DNA from: Vulcanimicrobiota bacterium
GTDB lineage: Bacteria; Vulcanimicrobiota; Vulcanimicrobiia; Vulcanimicrobiales; Vulcanimicrobiaceae
Length of the DNA stretch: 64,000 nt
Direction: 5' to 3'
Assembly: GCA_963723515.1 (NCBI GenBank)
Contig: CAVRQT010000003.1
Coordinates: 96,001 to 160,000, forward strand
Position 1 is the first letter of the stretch; each line of letters opens with the position of its first letter. Below the pieces are notes generated by a model. The model saw nothing but the letters and a program-made list of their open reading frames with translations. It made no database searches and was not told the origin of the DNA. Below are positions 47,748-57,931 of the stretch, piece by piece. The position numbers were made by a program, and so were the translations under genes.

Positions 47748-50700
47748 ATGCCTTCTTATCTCGATCTGCTGCGCGAGCGAATCGTGCTCTTTGATGGTGC
47801 GATGGGCACGCAGGTCATGGCGTTAGAGCCCGAAGCAGCGCGCTTCGGCGGTGCGCAGTACCACGGCTGCAACGAAGCGCTCGTCTTAAGCGAGCCGCAG
47901 CTGATCGAACGCATCCACGCGGGCTACTTCGAAGCAGGCGCCGATATCGTCGAAACCGACACCTTCACCGGCTCGCGCCTCAAACTCGATGAGTACGGTC
48001 TCGGCGAACGCACCGCCGAAATCAATCGCAGAGCGGCCGAAATCGCGCGTAGTGCGGCAGAGAGGTTCAGCACGCCGGATTGGCCGCGGTTCGTTGCGGG
48101 CTCGCTCGGTCCAACCGGGATGCTGATTTCGTCCTCCGATCCGCTGCTTTCGCGAATTACCTACGATCAGCTCGTCGAGCTCTATCGCGAGCAGGCCGTC
48201 AATTTGCTTGCAGGCGGCGTCGATCTGCTCGTCATCGAGACGATGCAGGATCTGCTTGAGGCGAAGGCTGCGATCGCAGGAATCCAGCAGGCGTTTGAGA
48301 GCGGCTCCCGCCGCGTTCCCGTTCAGGCGCAAGTGACGCTCGACGTCACGGGTCGCATGCTGCTCGGCACCGATATTCGCGCCGTCTGCGCGACGCTCGA
48401 CGCGTTGCCGATCGACGTCATAGGGCTCAATTGTTCGACCGGCCCGCTGCACATGCGCGATCCGGTGCGGTATCTTTGCGAAGCGTCGACCAAATTCATC
48501 AGCGTGATTCCCAATGCGGGACTTCCCAAGATGGGTCCGCAGGGTGAGACGATCTATCCTGAGACACCCGATGAGCTGGCGCATGAGTTGAAATCGTTCG
48601 TTCAGGATTTTGGCGTCAACGTCGTCGGCGGCTGTTGTGGGACGACGCCCGATCACATCGCGGCCTTGCGCGACGCGATCCGCGGAGTGAAGCCGCGCAT
48701 GCCCACGCGCAAGACGCACCAGTTTGTCGCATCGGCCATGACGGCGGTCGCGCTCGAGCAAGAACCGCGTCCGCTGCTCGTCGGCGAACGCATCAACGCG
48801 CAGGGTTCGCGCCGGACAAAACGCCTGTTGCTCGAGGAGAAGTATGACGACATCATGCTCGTCGCGCGCGAGCAAGTTGAAGGCGGCGCGCACGTGCTCG
48901 ACATCTGTTGTGCAATGACCGAGCGAACCGACGAGGATGCACAGATGCAGACGCTCGTCAAGAAGTTAGCGCAATCGACCGAAGCGCCGCTGATGATCGA
49001 CTCGACGGAGCCGCGCGTGCTCGAAACGGCGTTAAAGAATTACGGCGGACGTGCGATCGTCAATTCCGTGCACTTGGAGAATGGGCGCGTCAAGATCGAT
49101 ACGATCATGCCGCTCGTGATGGAAACCGGTGCCGCGGTCGTTGCGCTCACGATCGACGAGCAAGGGATGGCGAAAACCGCTGAGCGCAAAACGGAGATCG
49201 CCGGGCTGATTTACGACATCTGCGTGCGCGAATATGGGTTGCCGCCGGGTGCGCTGATCTTCGATGCGCTAACGTTCACGCTCGCCACGGGCGCCGAAGA
49301 GTACATCGATTCAGCGATCCAAACGATCGAGGGCATCCGCAAAATAAAGGCGCAACTGCCCGGCGTTCTCGCCTCGCTTGGCGTTTCGAATGTCTCATTC
49401 GGGCTCAAGCCGCACGCGCGAGCGACGCTCAACTCCGTCTTCCTGCATCACTGTGTCGAGGCCGGTCTTGGATATCGCGCTCGTCAACGCGAAGGAGATC
49501 ACGCCTTACGCCGAGATCCCCGGAGAAGAGCGAAGCCTCTGCGACGACCTCGTCTTCAATCGCCGACCCGATGCGCTGCAGCGCTTCATCGAGCACTGGG
49601 AGAGCAAATCGGCCCCGGCCGCCGGCGCACAAGCCGAGGCGACTGAAGATGCGGACGAGCCCATTGAAGTCCGCATTCATAACGCGATCTTGCGGCGGCG
49701 TAAAGACGGGATTGAGGCGAAGATCGATGAGGCGCTGGAAGGCCGTGGACCGATCGACGTCTTGAACAACATCCTTCTGCCGGCGATGAAGGATGTCGGC
49801 GATCGTTTCGGCGCGGGCGAGCTCATCTTGCCGTTCGTCTTGCAGTCCGCCGAAGTGATGAAGAAAGCGGTCGCGCACCTCGAGCAGTTCTTAGAGAAAC
49901 AGGAGGGCACGACCAAAGGTAAAGTCGTGCTCGCCACCGTCTTCGGCGATGTGCACGACATCGGCAAGAACCTCGTCAACACGATTCTGACGAATAATGG
50001 TTACAGCGTTTTCGATCTCGGCAAGCAAGTGCCGATGAACACGATCCTCGAAAAGGCGACAGAGGTGAACGCCGATGCGATTGGACTCTCGGCGTTGCTT
50101 GTCTCTACGAGCAAACAGATGCCGGTCTGCGTTGCGGAGCAGGAGTCGCGCGGGCTCGCGTTTCCCGTCATCGTCGGCGGCGCGGCAATCAACCGCGACT
50201 TCGGCCGGCGCATCGCCCTCGTTGAGGGCGAGCGCTTCTTCGAGCCGGGCGTCTTTTACGCGAAGGACGCCTTCGAAGGCCTCGACCTGATGGAGCAACT
50301 GACGCACGAGTCGTCGCGCAAGACGTTGCTCGAGAAGAGCAAGCGCGAAGCGTTCGCATTACGCAGCAGTGCAGTGGCCGCCGCAACCCCGCCCAAACGG
50401 CGAAGTTTCCAAGGTCAAAGCGGAGCGCCCGGATATTCCACGCGCGCCGTTCTTTGGGCCACGGACGCTTGCGCGTCGATCCCAATGAATTGTGGCCCTG
50501 CTTCGATCTGCGCAGCCTGTACCGGCTTTCGTGGGGCGCTTCAAATACGAAGGGCGAGCAGTGGGAGACGCTGCTGCGTGAAGATTTCGAACCGCGGCTT
50601 CATCGGTACGAGCAACTCGCCGTTGATGAGAAGATCCTCGACCCGCGTATTGTGTACGGTTATTTTCGAGCGGCAGGTGAGGGGAACGATGTGCTGCTCT

Positions 50701-51215
50701 TCGATGCCGATGATGCGACGCGCGAGGTCGCGCGCTTTGCATTCTCACGCCAACCCGGGGGTGAGCATCTTTGTCTCGCTGACTACGTGCGGCCGCGTGA
50801 GAACGGCCAGCCCATCGATGTTGTCGCGCTGCAGATCGTGACTGTCGGTTCGGAGGCGACCAAGCGCATCGACGCCTTGCAAGCGCGCGGCGATTACAGC
50901 GAGTCGTATTTTCTGCACGGTTTCTGCGTGCAATCCGCTGAGGCGCTCGCCGAACATACGCATCGGCGTATCCGAACTGAATTGGGATTGCCCGACGATC
51001 GCGGCAAGCGCTACTCTTGGGGCTACGGCGCATGCCCCGATCTCTCGCAGCATGAAACCGTTTTCAGATTGCTCGATGCGTCAAAGGCAATGGGCGTGCA
51101 GCTCACGCCGGCGTACCAAATCGTACCGGAGCAGTCGACCGCGGCGATCGTCATCCATCATCCGAAGGCGGCATATTTTAACGCCGCCGCCGTACGCGAG
51201 CTGACAACGGCGTAA
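47748..51215 (+). CDS. metH: Cobalamin-dependent methionine synthase, frameshifted near 49470 and 50400-50460
   Basis: FDGAMGT, GLNCSTGP, GGCCGTTPDHI, GERIN, GDVHDIGKNLV, RYSWGYGACPDL, PEQST. Confidence 0.93.
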
Positions 51216-51227
51216 GCGAGGCCAAAT

Positions 51228-51581
51228 ATGGTTAAAGAGATTGGGTTTGTGGTGTATACCGTGTCGGATTTGGAGAGAGCGAAGGCGTTTTATCGTGACG
51301 TTGTCGGCCTCGGCGAGCCGAAAGATCTGCACGCCAGCTGGTCGGAGTTCGACGTCGGCGGCACGACGTTCGCAGTCGTTACAGGCGGTGAGGCGGTCGG
51401 AATGCCGCCCGGCTCCAGCTTCAGCGTCGCGTTCGAAGTTGACGATTTAGACGCCGCATTCAAGCGGCTGAAAGAGAAGGGCGTCGATATTAAGGAGCCG
51501 TTTGAATCCCCGACGTGCCATGCGTGCTTCGCAAAGGACCCCGACGGCAACCGCTTCGCGTTACATCAGCTAAAGAAGTAG
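51228..51581 (+). CDS. VOC/glyoxalase family protein
   Basis: VSDLERAKAFY.DVVG, VAFEVDDL, KDPDGN. Confidence 0.9.
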   Translation: MVKEIGFVVYTVSDLERAKAFYRDVVGLGEPKDLHASWSEFDVGGTTFAVVTGGEAVGMPPGSSFSVAFEVDDLDAAFKRLKEKGVDIKEPFESPTCHACFAKDPDGNRFALHQLKK

Positions 51582-51599
51582 CGCGCGAAGCGGCACTGC

Positions 51600-52211
51600 T
51601 CAGGGTGACAGGACGATGTCGAAATCCACTTTTACGTCGTCTTTGACTGAGACGGCGCCGCCCATCACTTTGATCGGCGTAATGCCGAACGACGTCTGCC
51701 GGATCATCGTTGAGCCCGTAAAATGAGATGCGTCCAATTTAGCAACTTGAAGCGTAATGGGCCGCGTCGTCCCGTGCAGCGTGAGATCCCCGTTGACGAT
51801 CCACCGTCTTGGATCGCGATCGTCGATCGACGTTGAGCGAAACGCGATCGTCGGATATTTCGCGATCTCGAGCACTTGGTTATCCATCGCTTTTTGAATG
51901 CTGTCGCGATAGTTTCGATCGAGGACTTGCATCTTTGCGACCTCGATCGTCAATTCGACGCTGCGCGCTGCGGGATTATAGCGGCCGGCGCTGATCGGCG
52001 CGTCGATCGTGTGGTTGTCGGCCAAGGCCGAAAAGAAGCCTTGCTTGTAGACGTAGACCGTCATCTTCGAGCGCTGCGCGTCGATCGCGCGGGAGGCGGG
52101 AACGGAAGTGGGCGGTGGTGCTGCGAGCGTAGGCGGCATCGCTGCCGCGAGAAGAAGAACGCATGAAACGCATCCGCGCAGCGCCGTCTGCATGCGAGCA
52201 TGATGCAACAT
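51600..52211 (-). CDS. YceI-family secreted protein
   Basis: Signal peptide; KYPTI.FRST, GDLTLHGTTRPI, TSFGI. Confidence 0.85.
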   Translation of the reverse strand: MLHHARMQTALRGCVSCVLLLAAAMPPTLAAPPPTSVPASRAIDAQRSKMTVYVYKQGFFSALADNHTIDAPISAGRYNPAARSVELTIEVAKMQVLDRNYRDSIQKAMDNQVLEIAKYPTIAFRSTSIDDRDPRRWIVNGDLTLHGTTRPITLQVAKLDASHFTGSTMIRQTSFGITPIKVMGGAVSVKDDVKVDFDIVLSP

Positions 52212-52311
52212 AGTCGTGAATTCTTTATGAATGGTGCGCAACGCTCCCCCGCCAGGGAAGCCCTCCACTCGAGCGTAACGCACGGTCGAAAGGAGGCAAG
52301 AATATCGCGCC

Positions 52312-53205
52312 ATGACGCCCACGCATATACTGCTCGGCATTACCTCGGCAGTCGCCCTCGCGTTTGTCGCCGTCTGGATAGCGCAGATTCGAAGGGAAGG
52401 ACTGCGCAGCCCAAAGTTCATCGAGGTTGTGCTGGGCTTCGTCACGGATTTTCTCGACACGCTCGGGATCGGATCGTTCGCACCCACGACGTCCGTATTT
52501 AAGTTCGCGCGCTTGGTCCCGGACCAGCGGATTCCGGGAACGCTCAACGTGGGGCACATGCTGCCGACCTTGATCGAGGCGCTGGTCTTCATTGCGATCG
52601 TCGCGGTGGCGCCGCTGACGCTTTATGCGATGATCTTCGCTGCCGTGGCGGGAGCCTGGCTCGGCGCCGGCATCGTTGCGCGGTGGCCGCGCCGGTACGT
52701 GCAGCTCGGCATGGGCATCGCCCTGGCCGTGGCCGCCGTTTTGTTCACCATGAAAAATTTGCAGCTTTTTCCGCCGGGCGGTAGCGCGCTTGCGCTCACC
52801 GGCGCGTTGCTGGCGCTCGGTGTGGCAGCGAACTTCGCACTTGGTGCGCTCATGACGATCGGTATCGGCCTCTACGCGCCCTGCATGATCTTGGTGAGCC
52901 TACTCGGCATGAATCCGATCGCTGCATTTCCGATCATGATGGGATCCTGCGCGTTTTTGATGCCTATCGCTGGAATTCGCTTCATCCGCGCAAACGCATA
53001 CGAAATCGGCGCCGCGCTGGGCCTGACGATCGGCGGGATGCCCGGCGTGCTGATTGCCGCCTTCATCGTCAAGTCGTTGCCGCTGATCGCCGTGCGATGG
53101 CTGGTGGTGGTCGTCGTCATCTACGCCGCCGTTACGATGATACGGTCTGCTTTGCAGGAACGCCGCTATGCGGCCGTCGCTTCCTCCGTCCCGACAGCGC
53201 TGTGA
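52312..53205 (+). CDS. TauE/SafE (TSUP) family membrane protein
   Basis: DTLGIGSFAPTT, IPGTLNVG, GIGLYAP, FPIMMGSCAFLM. Confidence 0.8.
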   Translation: MTPTHILLGITSAVALAFVAVWIAQIRREGLRSPKFIEVVLGFVTDFLDTLGIGSFAPTTSVFKFARLVPDQRIPGTLNVGHMLPTLIEALVFIAIVAVAPLTLYAMIFAAVAGAWLGAGIVARWPRRYVQLGMGIALAVAAVLFTMKNLQLFPPGGSALALTGALLALGVAANFALGALMTIGIGLYAPCMILVSLLGMNPIAAFPIMMGSCAFLMPIAGIRFIRANAYEIGAALGLTIGGMPGVLIAAFIVKSLPLIAVRWLVVVVVIYAAVTMIRSALQERRYAAVASSVPTAL

Positions 53206-54698
53206 GCGCGTCCGTACAATCCGTAGATCACGAGACCGACGATCAACCAAACGATGAATCCAAACCACGGAGCGGGCACGCCGAACCACAACGGACTGCC
53301 GTACTGCAAGGACCAAATTAAGAATGCGGCACTCAACGCCGCGAGCGTCGGAATGAGGTACGGACCGAAGGGAACCGAGAAACCTTGCGTTCCGGGATAG
53401 CGCGCACGGATGATCGGCAGCGCGACCGAAACGAGAATGAACGCTACAAGCGTCCCCATATTCGTGAGCGCGCCGACGATCCCAATCGGAGTAAAGGCCG
53501 CCAGAAGCGCGATGAAGGCGGTAAAGATGATCGTGGACGTTCCCGGCGTGCGAAACCGCGTGTGAACGCGCGCGAAGACAGGTGGTAAGAGACGGTCGCG
53601 CGCCATCGCGAAGAACACTCGAACCTGGCCGAACATCATGACGAGCAGGACCGTCGTCAATCCAGCGATAGCGCCGAGCGAGATGATCGTGCTGGCCCAT
53701 CCAAGGTGGACCGAATCCATCGCAAACGCGACGGGCTGCGGTACGTTAAGCTTGGTATAGGGCACGATCCCTGTGAGGATCGCAACGACGATAATGTAGA
53801 GCACCGTGCAAACCACCAAACTGCCGATGATGCCGATCGGCAGATCGCGTTTGGGATTTTTCGTTTCCTCCGCAGCCGTGGAAACCGCATCGAAGCCGAT
53901 GTAAGCGAAGAAGATGAACGACGCGCCGCCGAGCATTCCGGTCACACCGAAAGGAAAATACGGCACCCAGTTGCCCTGATTGACGTGCCCGACTCCCAAA
54001 ATGATGAAAAAAAGCACGACCGCAACTTTGATCGATACGACGACATTGTTGAAGAGGGCCGATTCGCGAGTGCCGCGGTACAGCAGGAAGCCGATGAGCA
54101 CGATGATGCAAAACGCCGGCAGGTTTACTATGCCGGGTCCAGTTGTGACGCTGCCCCCCATGCCAATCGTCCAGTGGCTCGACGTAAACGCCGGCGGAAT
54201 GTTGATGTGCAGCGCGTTCTTGAGCAACGTAGCGAAATAGCCGGACCACCCGATACTCACCGTTGCGGCGCCGAGCGCATATTCCAGAACCAAGTCCCAT
54301 CCGATGATCCAAGCGATGAGCTCGCCGAGCGACGCGTATGCGAATGTGTACGCGCTGCCTGCGATCGGAACGCGGCTGGCCACCTCCGCGTAGCAAAGTG
54401 CGGCGAAGGCGCTGACGAGACCGGCGATGATAAAGGAAATCGTCAGGGACGGCCCGGCTCGGGTCGCCGCTGCTACCCCGGTCAGCACGAAGATTCCCGT
54501 GCCGATGATCGCACCGATGCCCATTGCGGTGAGCGATACTGGGCCTAGCGTGCGCTTGAGCGTCGCGCCGGTCGCCGGCGCGCCGGTAACGGGCGCACCG
54601 GTCGCTATCGATGTCGGTGCCGCTGCGGGCGACGGTACTGTTTCTCCGGCGCTCTCGGCGAGCAGGCGTTCCAAGGGCTTCACGCGTTTGAACAGCAT
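53166..54698 (-). CDS. APC-family amino acid permease
   Basis: LKRTLG...GAIIGTGIFVL, CYAE, GSAY, FFAYIGFDAVSTAAEE. Confidence 0.92.
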   Translation of the reverse strand: MLFKRVKPLERLLAESAGETVPSPAAAPTSIATGAPVTGAPATGATLKRTLGPVSLTAMGIGAIIGTGIFVLTGVAAATRAGPSLTISFIIAGLVSAFAALCYAEVASRVPIAGSAYTFAYASLGELIAWIIGWDLVLEYALGAATVSIGWSGYFATLLKNALHINIPPAFTSSHWTIGMGGSVTTGPGIVNLPAFCIIVLIGFLLYRGTRESALFNNVVVSIKVAVVLFFIILGVGHVNQGNWVPYFPFGVTGMLGGASFIFFAYIGFDAVSTAAEETKNPKRDLPIGIIGSLVVCTVLYIIVVAILTGIVPYTKLNVPQPVAFAMDSVHLGWASTIISLGAIAGLTTVLLVMMFGQVRVFFAMARDRLLPPVFARVHTRFRTPGTSTIIFTAFIALLAAFTPIGIVGALTNMGTLVAFILVSVALPIIRARYPGTQGFSVPFGPYLIPTLAALSAAFLIWSLQYGSPLWFGVPAPWFGFIVWLIVGLVIYGLYGRAHSAVGTEEATAA

Positions 54699-54754
54699 GA
54701 GGCGAAATATCGCGCTCCACCCAGCGGAAACCTCGTTCAACGTGCGCGGCATAT

Positions 54755-54787
54755 AAAGAAAGCGAGCGTGATGTCGTCACGCTCGCT
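54755..54787 (-). terminator. Intrinsic terminator
   Basis: 11-bp perfect stem AGCGAGCGTGA/TCACGCTCGCT with TTCTTT tail on the minus strand. Confidence 0.8.
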
Positions 54788-54820
54788 GTGCTTTAGAGGT
54801 TTCTCCGCTCTTACAAAGAG

Positions 54821-55234
54821 CTATGGCTTCGGCGGATGCGCCGGACGCACGTGGCGCACCATGTGCCGGTGTATCGTCATTGTGCCGCTTGTATCGGGAC
54901 CCGGATTACGCGCAAACTTCGAAAGCCAGCTCGGGCCGTTTGGATTATCGTTGAGCATATTGGTACCCGCCGGCTTTCCGTTGTACGTGGGAACGCCTGG
55001 ATTCATCGTCCCGCTCGGAGTTGTTGTGTTGGGCGTCGTGTTCGGGTTCGTCGTGGTCGTTGGAGTCGTGTTCATGTTCTGATCGGGACTCGATGTGTCG
55101 GTCGGCGCTGGGGTCTGTTGCGCTACTTGAAGCGTCGCTGCGCTTGAGGCTTTGGGAACCGCGCTCCAGCACATGAGTCCGATAAGCGCAACGGCAAAGG
55201 CCCCTGCCGCAACGCGAAGCAGTGAAATTCTCAT
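54821..55234 (-). CDS. Secreted Thr/Pro/Asn-rich low-complexity protein
   Basis: GAGGA RBS, signal peptide, NTTP repeats, His/Arg-rich tail, own terminator. Confidence 0.65.
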   Translation of the reverse strand: MRISLLRVAAGAFAVALIGLMCWSAVPKASSAATLQVAQQTPAPTDTSSPDQNMNTTPTTTTNPNTTPNTTTPSGTMNPGVPTYNGKPAGTNMLNDNPNGPSWLSKFARNPGPDTSGTMTIHRHMVRHVRPAHPPKP

Positions 55235-55338
55235 CTATTGATTTCCTCGCATGAAAAACGTTGGACTTCAGGCGTACCCGTTTCTGGTAGGAAGGCCACG
55301 CATCAGCCGCTCGGCTGGTTGGCAACCGGTGGGTTCAG

Positions 55339-56499
55339 TCAGCTTACATTGGCGGTGGCCGGAGCGAGAAACTCGCCATGCACGACCTTGCCGCCGACGA
55401 TCGTGCCGATCACGTCAAACGCGCCGTCCCAAATCGAAAGGTCAGCGCGCATGCCTTTGCCGATCAAGCCGATGTCGCGGGCGAGGCCAAGCATCTGCGC
55501 CGGAGCCTGCGTCGCAGCGCACACCGCCCGCTCGAACGGCAATTCCGTGTACTCCATATAGTTGCGAACGGCTTGATCGATCTTTAAGGCGCTTCCCGCG
55601 ACGGTGCCATCTTCGACGCGAACGAGTCCCCCTTCAATATGAAGCCCCGGACCGGAGGCCGGCATGTGATCGGTCGCAAGCACAACGCGGTCGCCGACCG
55701 TGCGCCGCAAGATGTCTACCATCGCCGGCGCGACATGGTAGCCGTCGCAAATAACTTGCACCGCAGTGCGACGATCTTGGATGAAGGCAGCAAGCAACGA
55801 CGGATCGCGATGATCCAACGGCGGCATCGCGTTGAAGGCGTGGGTCAAACTGCGAAAACCTAAACCGATGGCGAGCATGCCTTCGCGATAGCGCGCTGAC
55901 GTGTGGCCGGCGGAACAGACGACGCCGCGTTCCAGAAAAAACCGCGCAGCGTCCGTCGCGCCCTCGACTTCGGGCGCCATCGTCACCATGAGCACTGCGC
56001 CTTTGGAGGCATCATGCAATGTCCGCGCAGCATCAACGCTCGCCGGCCGGATCCATTCATGGCGATGCACCCGCCTGAATTTCGGATTGATGAACGGCCC
56101 TTCGAAGTGGATCCCGAGACATCGTGCTCCAATCGGTGCTGTTTCTTCGAGCGTGTGCGCGGCTTCAGCAATCTCCCCCGCGGCATGCAACATCGACTCC
56201 CATGGCGCGGTCATGACCGAAGCGACAAACGCTGTCGCGCCTTGCCGCGCGTATTCCAGCGATGCAACCGCGACCGCATTTCCTTGATCGCGGTTGAAGA
56301 GAAATTCGCCGGCGCCGTTGGTGTGGACATCGATTAGGCCGGGCGCGACGGTGGTCTCGGGCGGAAGCGTAAAATCGACCACTCCGTCTGGCGCCAAAAC
56401 CTCTGCGATCCTGCCGTGTTCGATGACAAGACGGCCATTAGCCAAAGATCCGTTTCCGAATGCGAGACGCGCTGGCCCAATGCAATAACGGTCCGGCAC
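55339..56499 (-). CDS. nagA: N-acetylglucosamine-6-phosphate deacetylase
   Basis: PGLIDVHTNG, GIHFEGPFIN, MAPE, GHT, THAFNAM, DGYHV, AGS. Confidence 0.9.
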   Translation of the reverse strand: MPDRYCIGPARLAFGNGSLANGRLVIEHGRIAEVLAPDGVVDFTLPPETTVAPGLIDVHTNGAGEFLFNRDQGNAVAVASLEYARQGATAFVASVMTAPWESMLHAAGEIAEAAHTLEETAPIGARCLGIHFEGPFINPKFRRVHRHEWIRPASVDAARTLHDASKGAVLMVTMAPEVEGATDAARFFLERGVVCSAGHTSARYREGMLAIGLGFRSLTHAFNAMPPLDHRDPSLLAAFIQDRRTAVQVICDGYHVAPAMVDILRRTVGDRVVLATDHMPASGPGLHIEGGLVRVEDGTVAGSALKIDQAVRNYMEYTELPFERAVCAATQAPAQMLGLARDIGLIGKGMRADLSIWDGAFDVIGTIVGGKVVHGEFLAPATANVS

Positions 56500-56504
56500 T
56501 AGCT

Positions 56505-57854
56505 TCAGCTGCCGATCAGCGCGAGCGCTTCGTCGCGATGCTTCTCCATGAGTTCTTTCGTATCGCCTTCCACGTTGAGGCGCAGCAGCGGTTCGGTATT
56601 CGATGGCCGCACGTTCATCCACCAATGCGGATATGAAATCGTCACGCCGTCGAGGTGGTCGATTTGCGCATCTTTGTAATGTTCTTCGATCTGCTTGAGC
56701 TTCGCCGGAACATCTTCCACGTGGCTGTTGATCTCGCCCGAGCGAAACCGCGTGTCGATCGGCGCGATCACTTCGCTGACCTTCTTGTTTTGCTCGCTGA
56801 AAAGCTCAAGGCACTGCATGAGTGCAATCATTCCCGAGTCGGCGAACCAGTTATCTTTGAAGTAAAAGTGGCCGGAATGCTCACCGCCAAAGATCACGTC
56901 GTTCTCGCGCATCGTCTTCTTGATCAGCGAGTGGCCGACTTTGGACCGCAACGGCTTGCCGCCGGCGCGTTCGATAACTTCGGGAACGCTGCGACTACAG
57001 ATCAAGTTGTAGAGAATCGTTGCGCCCGGATGTCGCTTGAGCGTATTGAGCGCGACGATCGCGGTGACCATGTCGCCACCGATGAGATTCGCCTTCTCGT
57101 CGACGATGAACATCCGATCCGCATCGCCGTCGAACGCAGCGCCGAGATGGCAGTTGTACTTGAGGACGGCAGCTTGCAAATCGCGCATGTTTTCCGGTTC
57201 GATCGGGCTCGCCGGATGATTCGGGAAGCTGCCGTCGAGCTCGAAATAGAGCGGGATGACTTCGCAGGGCAGCCGCTTGAAGACGTGCGGCACCGTCTCG
57301 CCGGCCATTCCGTTGCCGGCATCGATTGCGATCCGAAACGGCTTGATCGCCGAGCGATCGACGAATGAAAGACAGTGTTCGGCGAAATCGTCGAGGATGT
57401 TGCGCGCCGTCACCGTTCCCGGCGTCGGCGCATCGGGCGGGAGGTCGCCCGAGAGAATGCGATCGCGCATCGTGGCAAGCCCAGTCTCGAGGGAGAGCGC
57501 TTGCGCTTCTTCGCGCGTGAATTTCATGCCGTTGTATTGCGCGGGATTGTGCGAGGCCGTGATCATGACGCCGCCGTCATAGCCATACTTGCCGACCGCG
57601 AAATAGAGTCCATCGGTTGAGGTCATTCCAACGTCGACAACGTTGGCGCCGGCGCGCGTAACACCGCGCGCGAACGCGGAGAATAAACGCTCGCCGGACG
57701 GTCGCATGTCGCGGGCAACAGCGAATGTTTTTGGACCGAGCAGGCCCACAAACGCCCGACCAATGTCGCATGCCACATCGTCGTTGAGTTCTGACGGATA
57801 AACGCCACGAACGTCGTAGCTCTTGAAAATTGAGGCGTTCAGCTTTGTCTGCAT
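56505..57854 (-). CDS. Phosphomannomutase/phosphoglucomutase
   Basis: FKSYDVRG, ITASHNP, FDGDADR, GGEHSGH, RPSNTEP. Confidence 0.93.
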   Translation of the reverse strand: MQTKLNASIFKSYDVRGVYPSELNDDVACDIGRAFVGLLGPKTFAVARDMRPSGERLFSAFARGVTRAGANVVDVGMTSTDGLYFAVGKYGYDGGVMITASHNPAQYNGMKFTREEAQALSLETGLATMRDRILSGDLPPDAPTPGTVTARNILDDFAEHCLSFVDRSAIKPFRIAIDAGNGMAGETVPHVFKRLPCEVIPLYFELDGSFPNHPASPIEPENMRDLQAAVLKYNCHLGAAFDGDADRMFIVDEKANLIGGDMVTAIVALNTLKRHPGATILYNLICSRSVPEVIERAGGKPLRSKVGHSLIKKTMRENDVIFGGEHSGHFYFKDNWFADSGMIALMQCLELFSEQNKKVSEVIAPIDTRFRSGEINSHVEDVPAKLKQIEEHYKDAQIDHLDGVTISYPHWWMNVRPSNTEPLLRLNVEGDTKELMEKHRDEALALIGS

Positions 57855-57931
57855 CCGGTTCTCTTAACGCGCTTTCGGAGGTCCAAATCGTGAAACCTAT
57901 GCGGCGTTTTCAGCCGCAGCGGTAGGTCAGA

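Noticed and set aside
47886..48893. Long antisense ORFs (also 10973..12001, 12743..13546, 60639..61505 and similar)
   Set aside because: Shadow frames of well-supported genes, Arg-rich and motif-free.
46716..49646. 976-aa asparaginase-MetH fusion ORF
   Set aside because: The asparaginase C-terminus (PIRNRAGRTVGE) with its own TAA at 47742 lies in another frame and metH has an ATG at 47748; one indel near 47625 explains the fusion.
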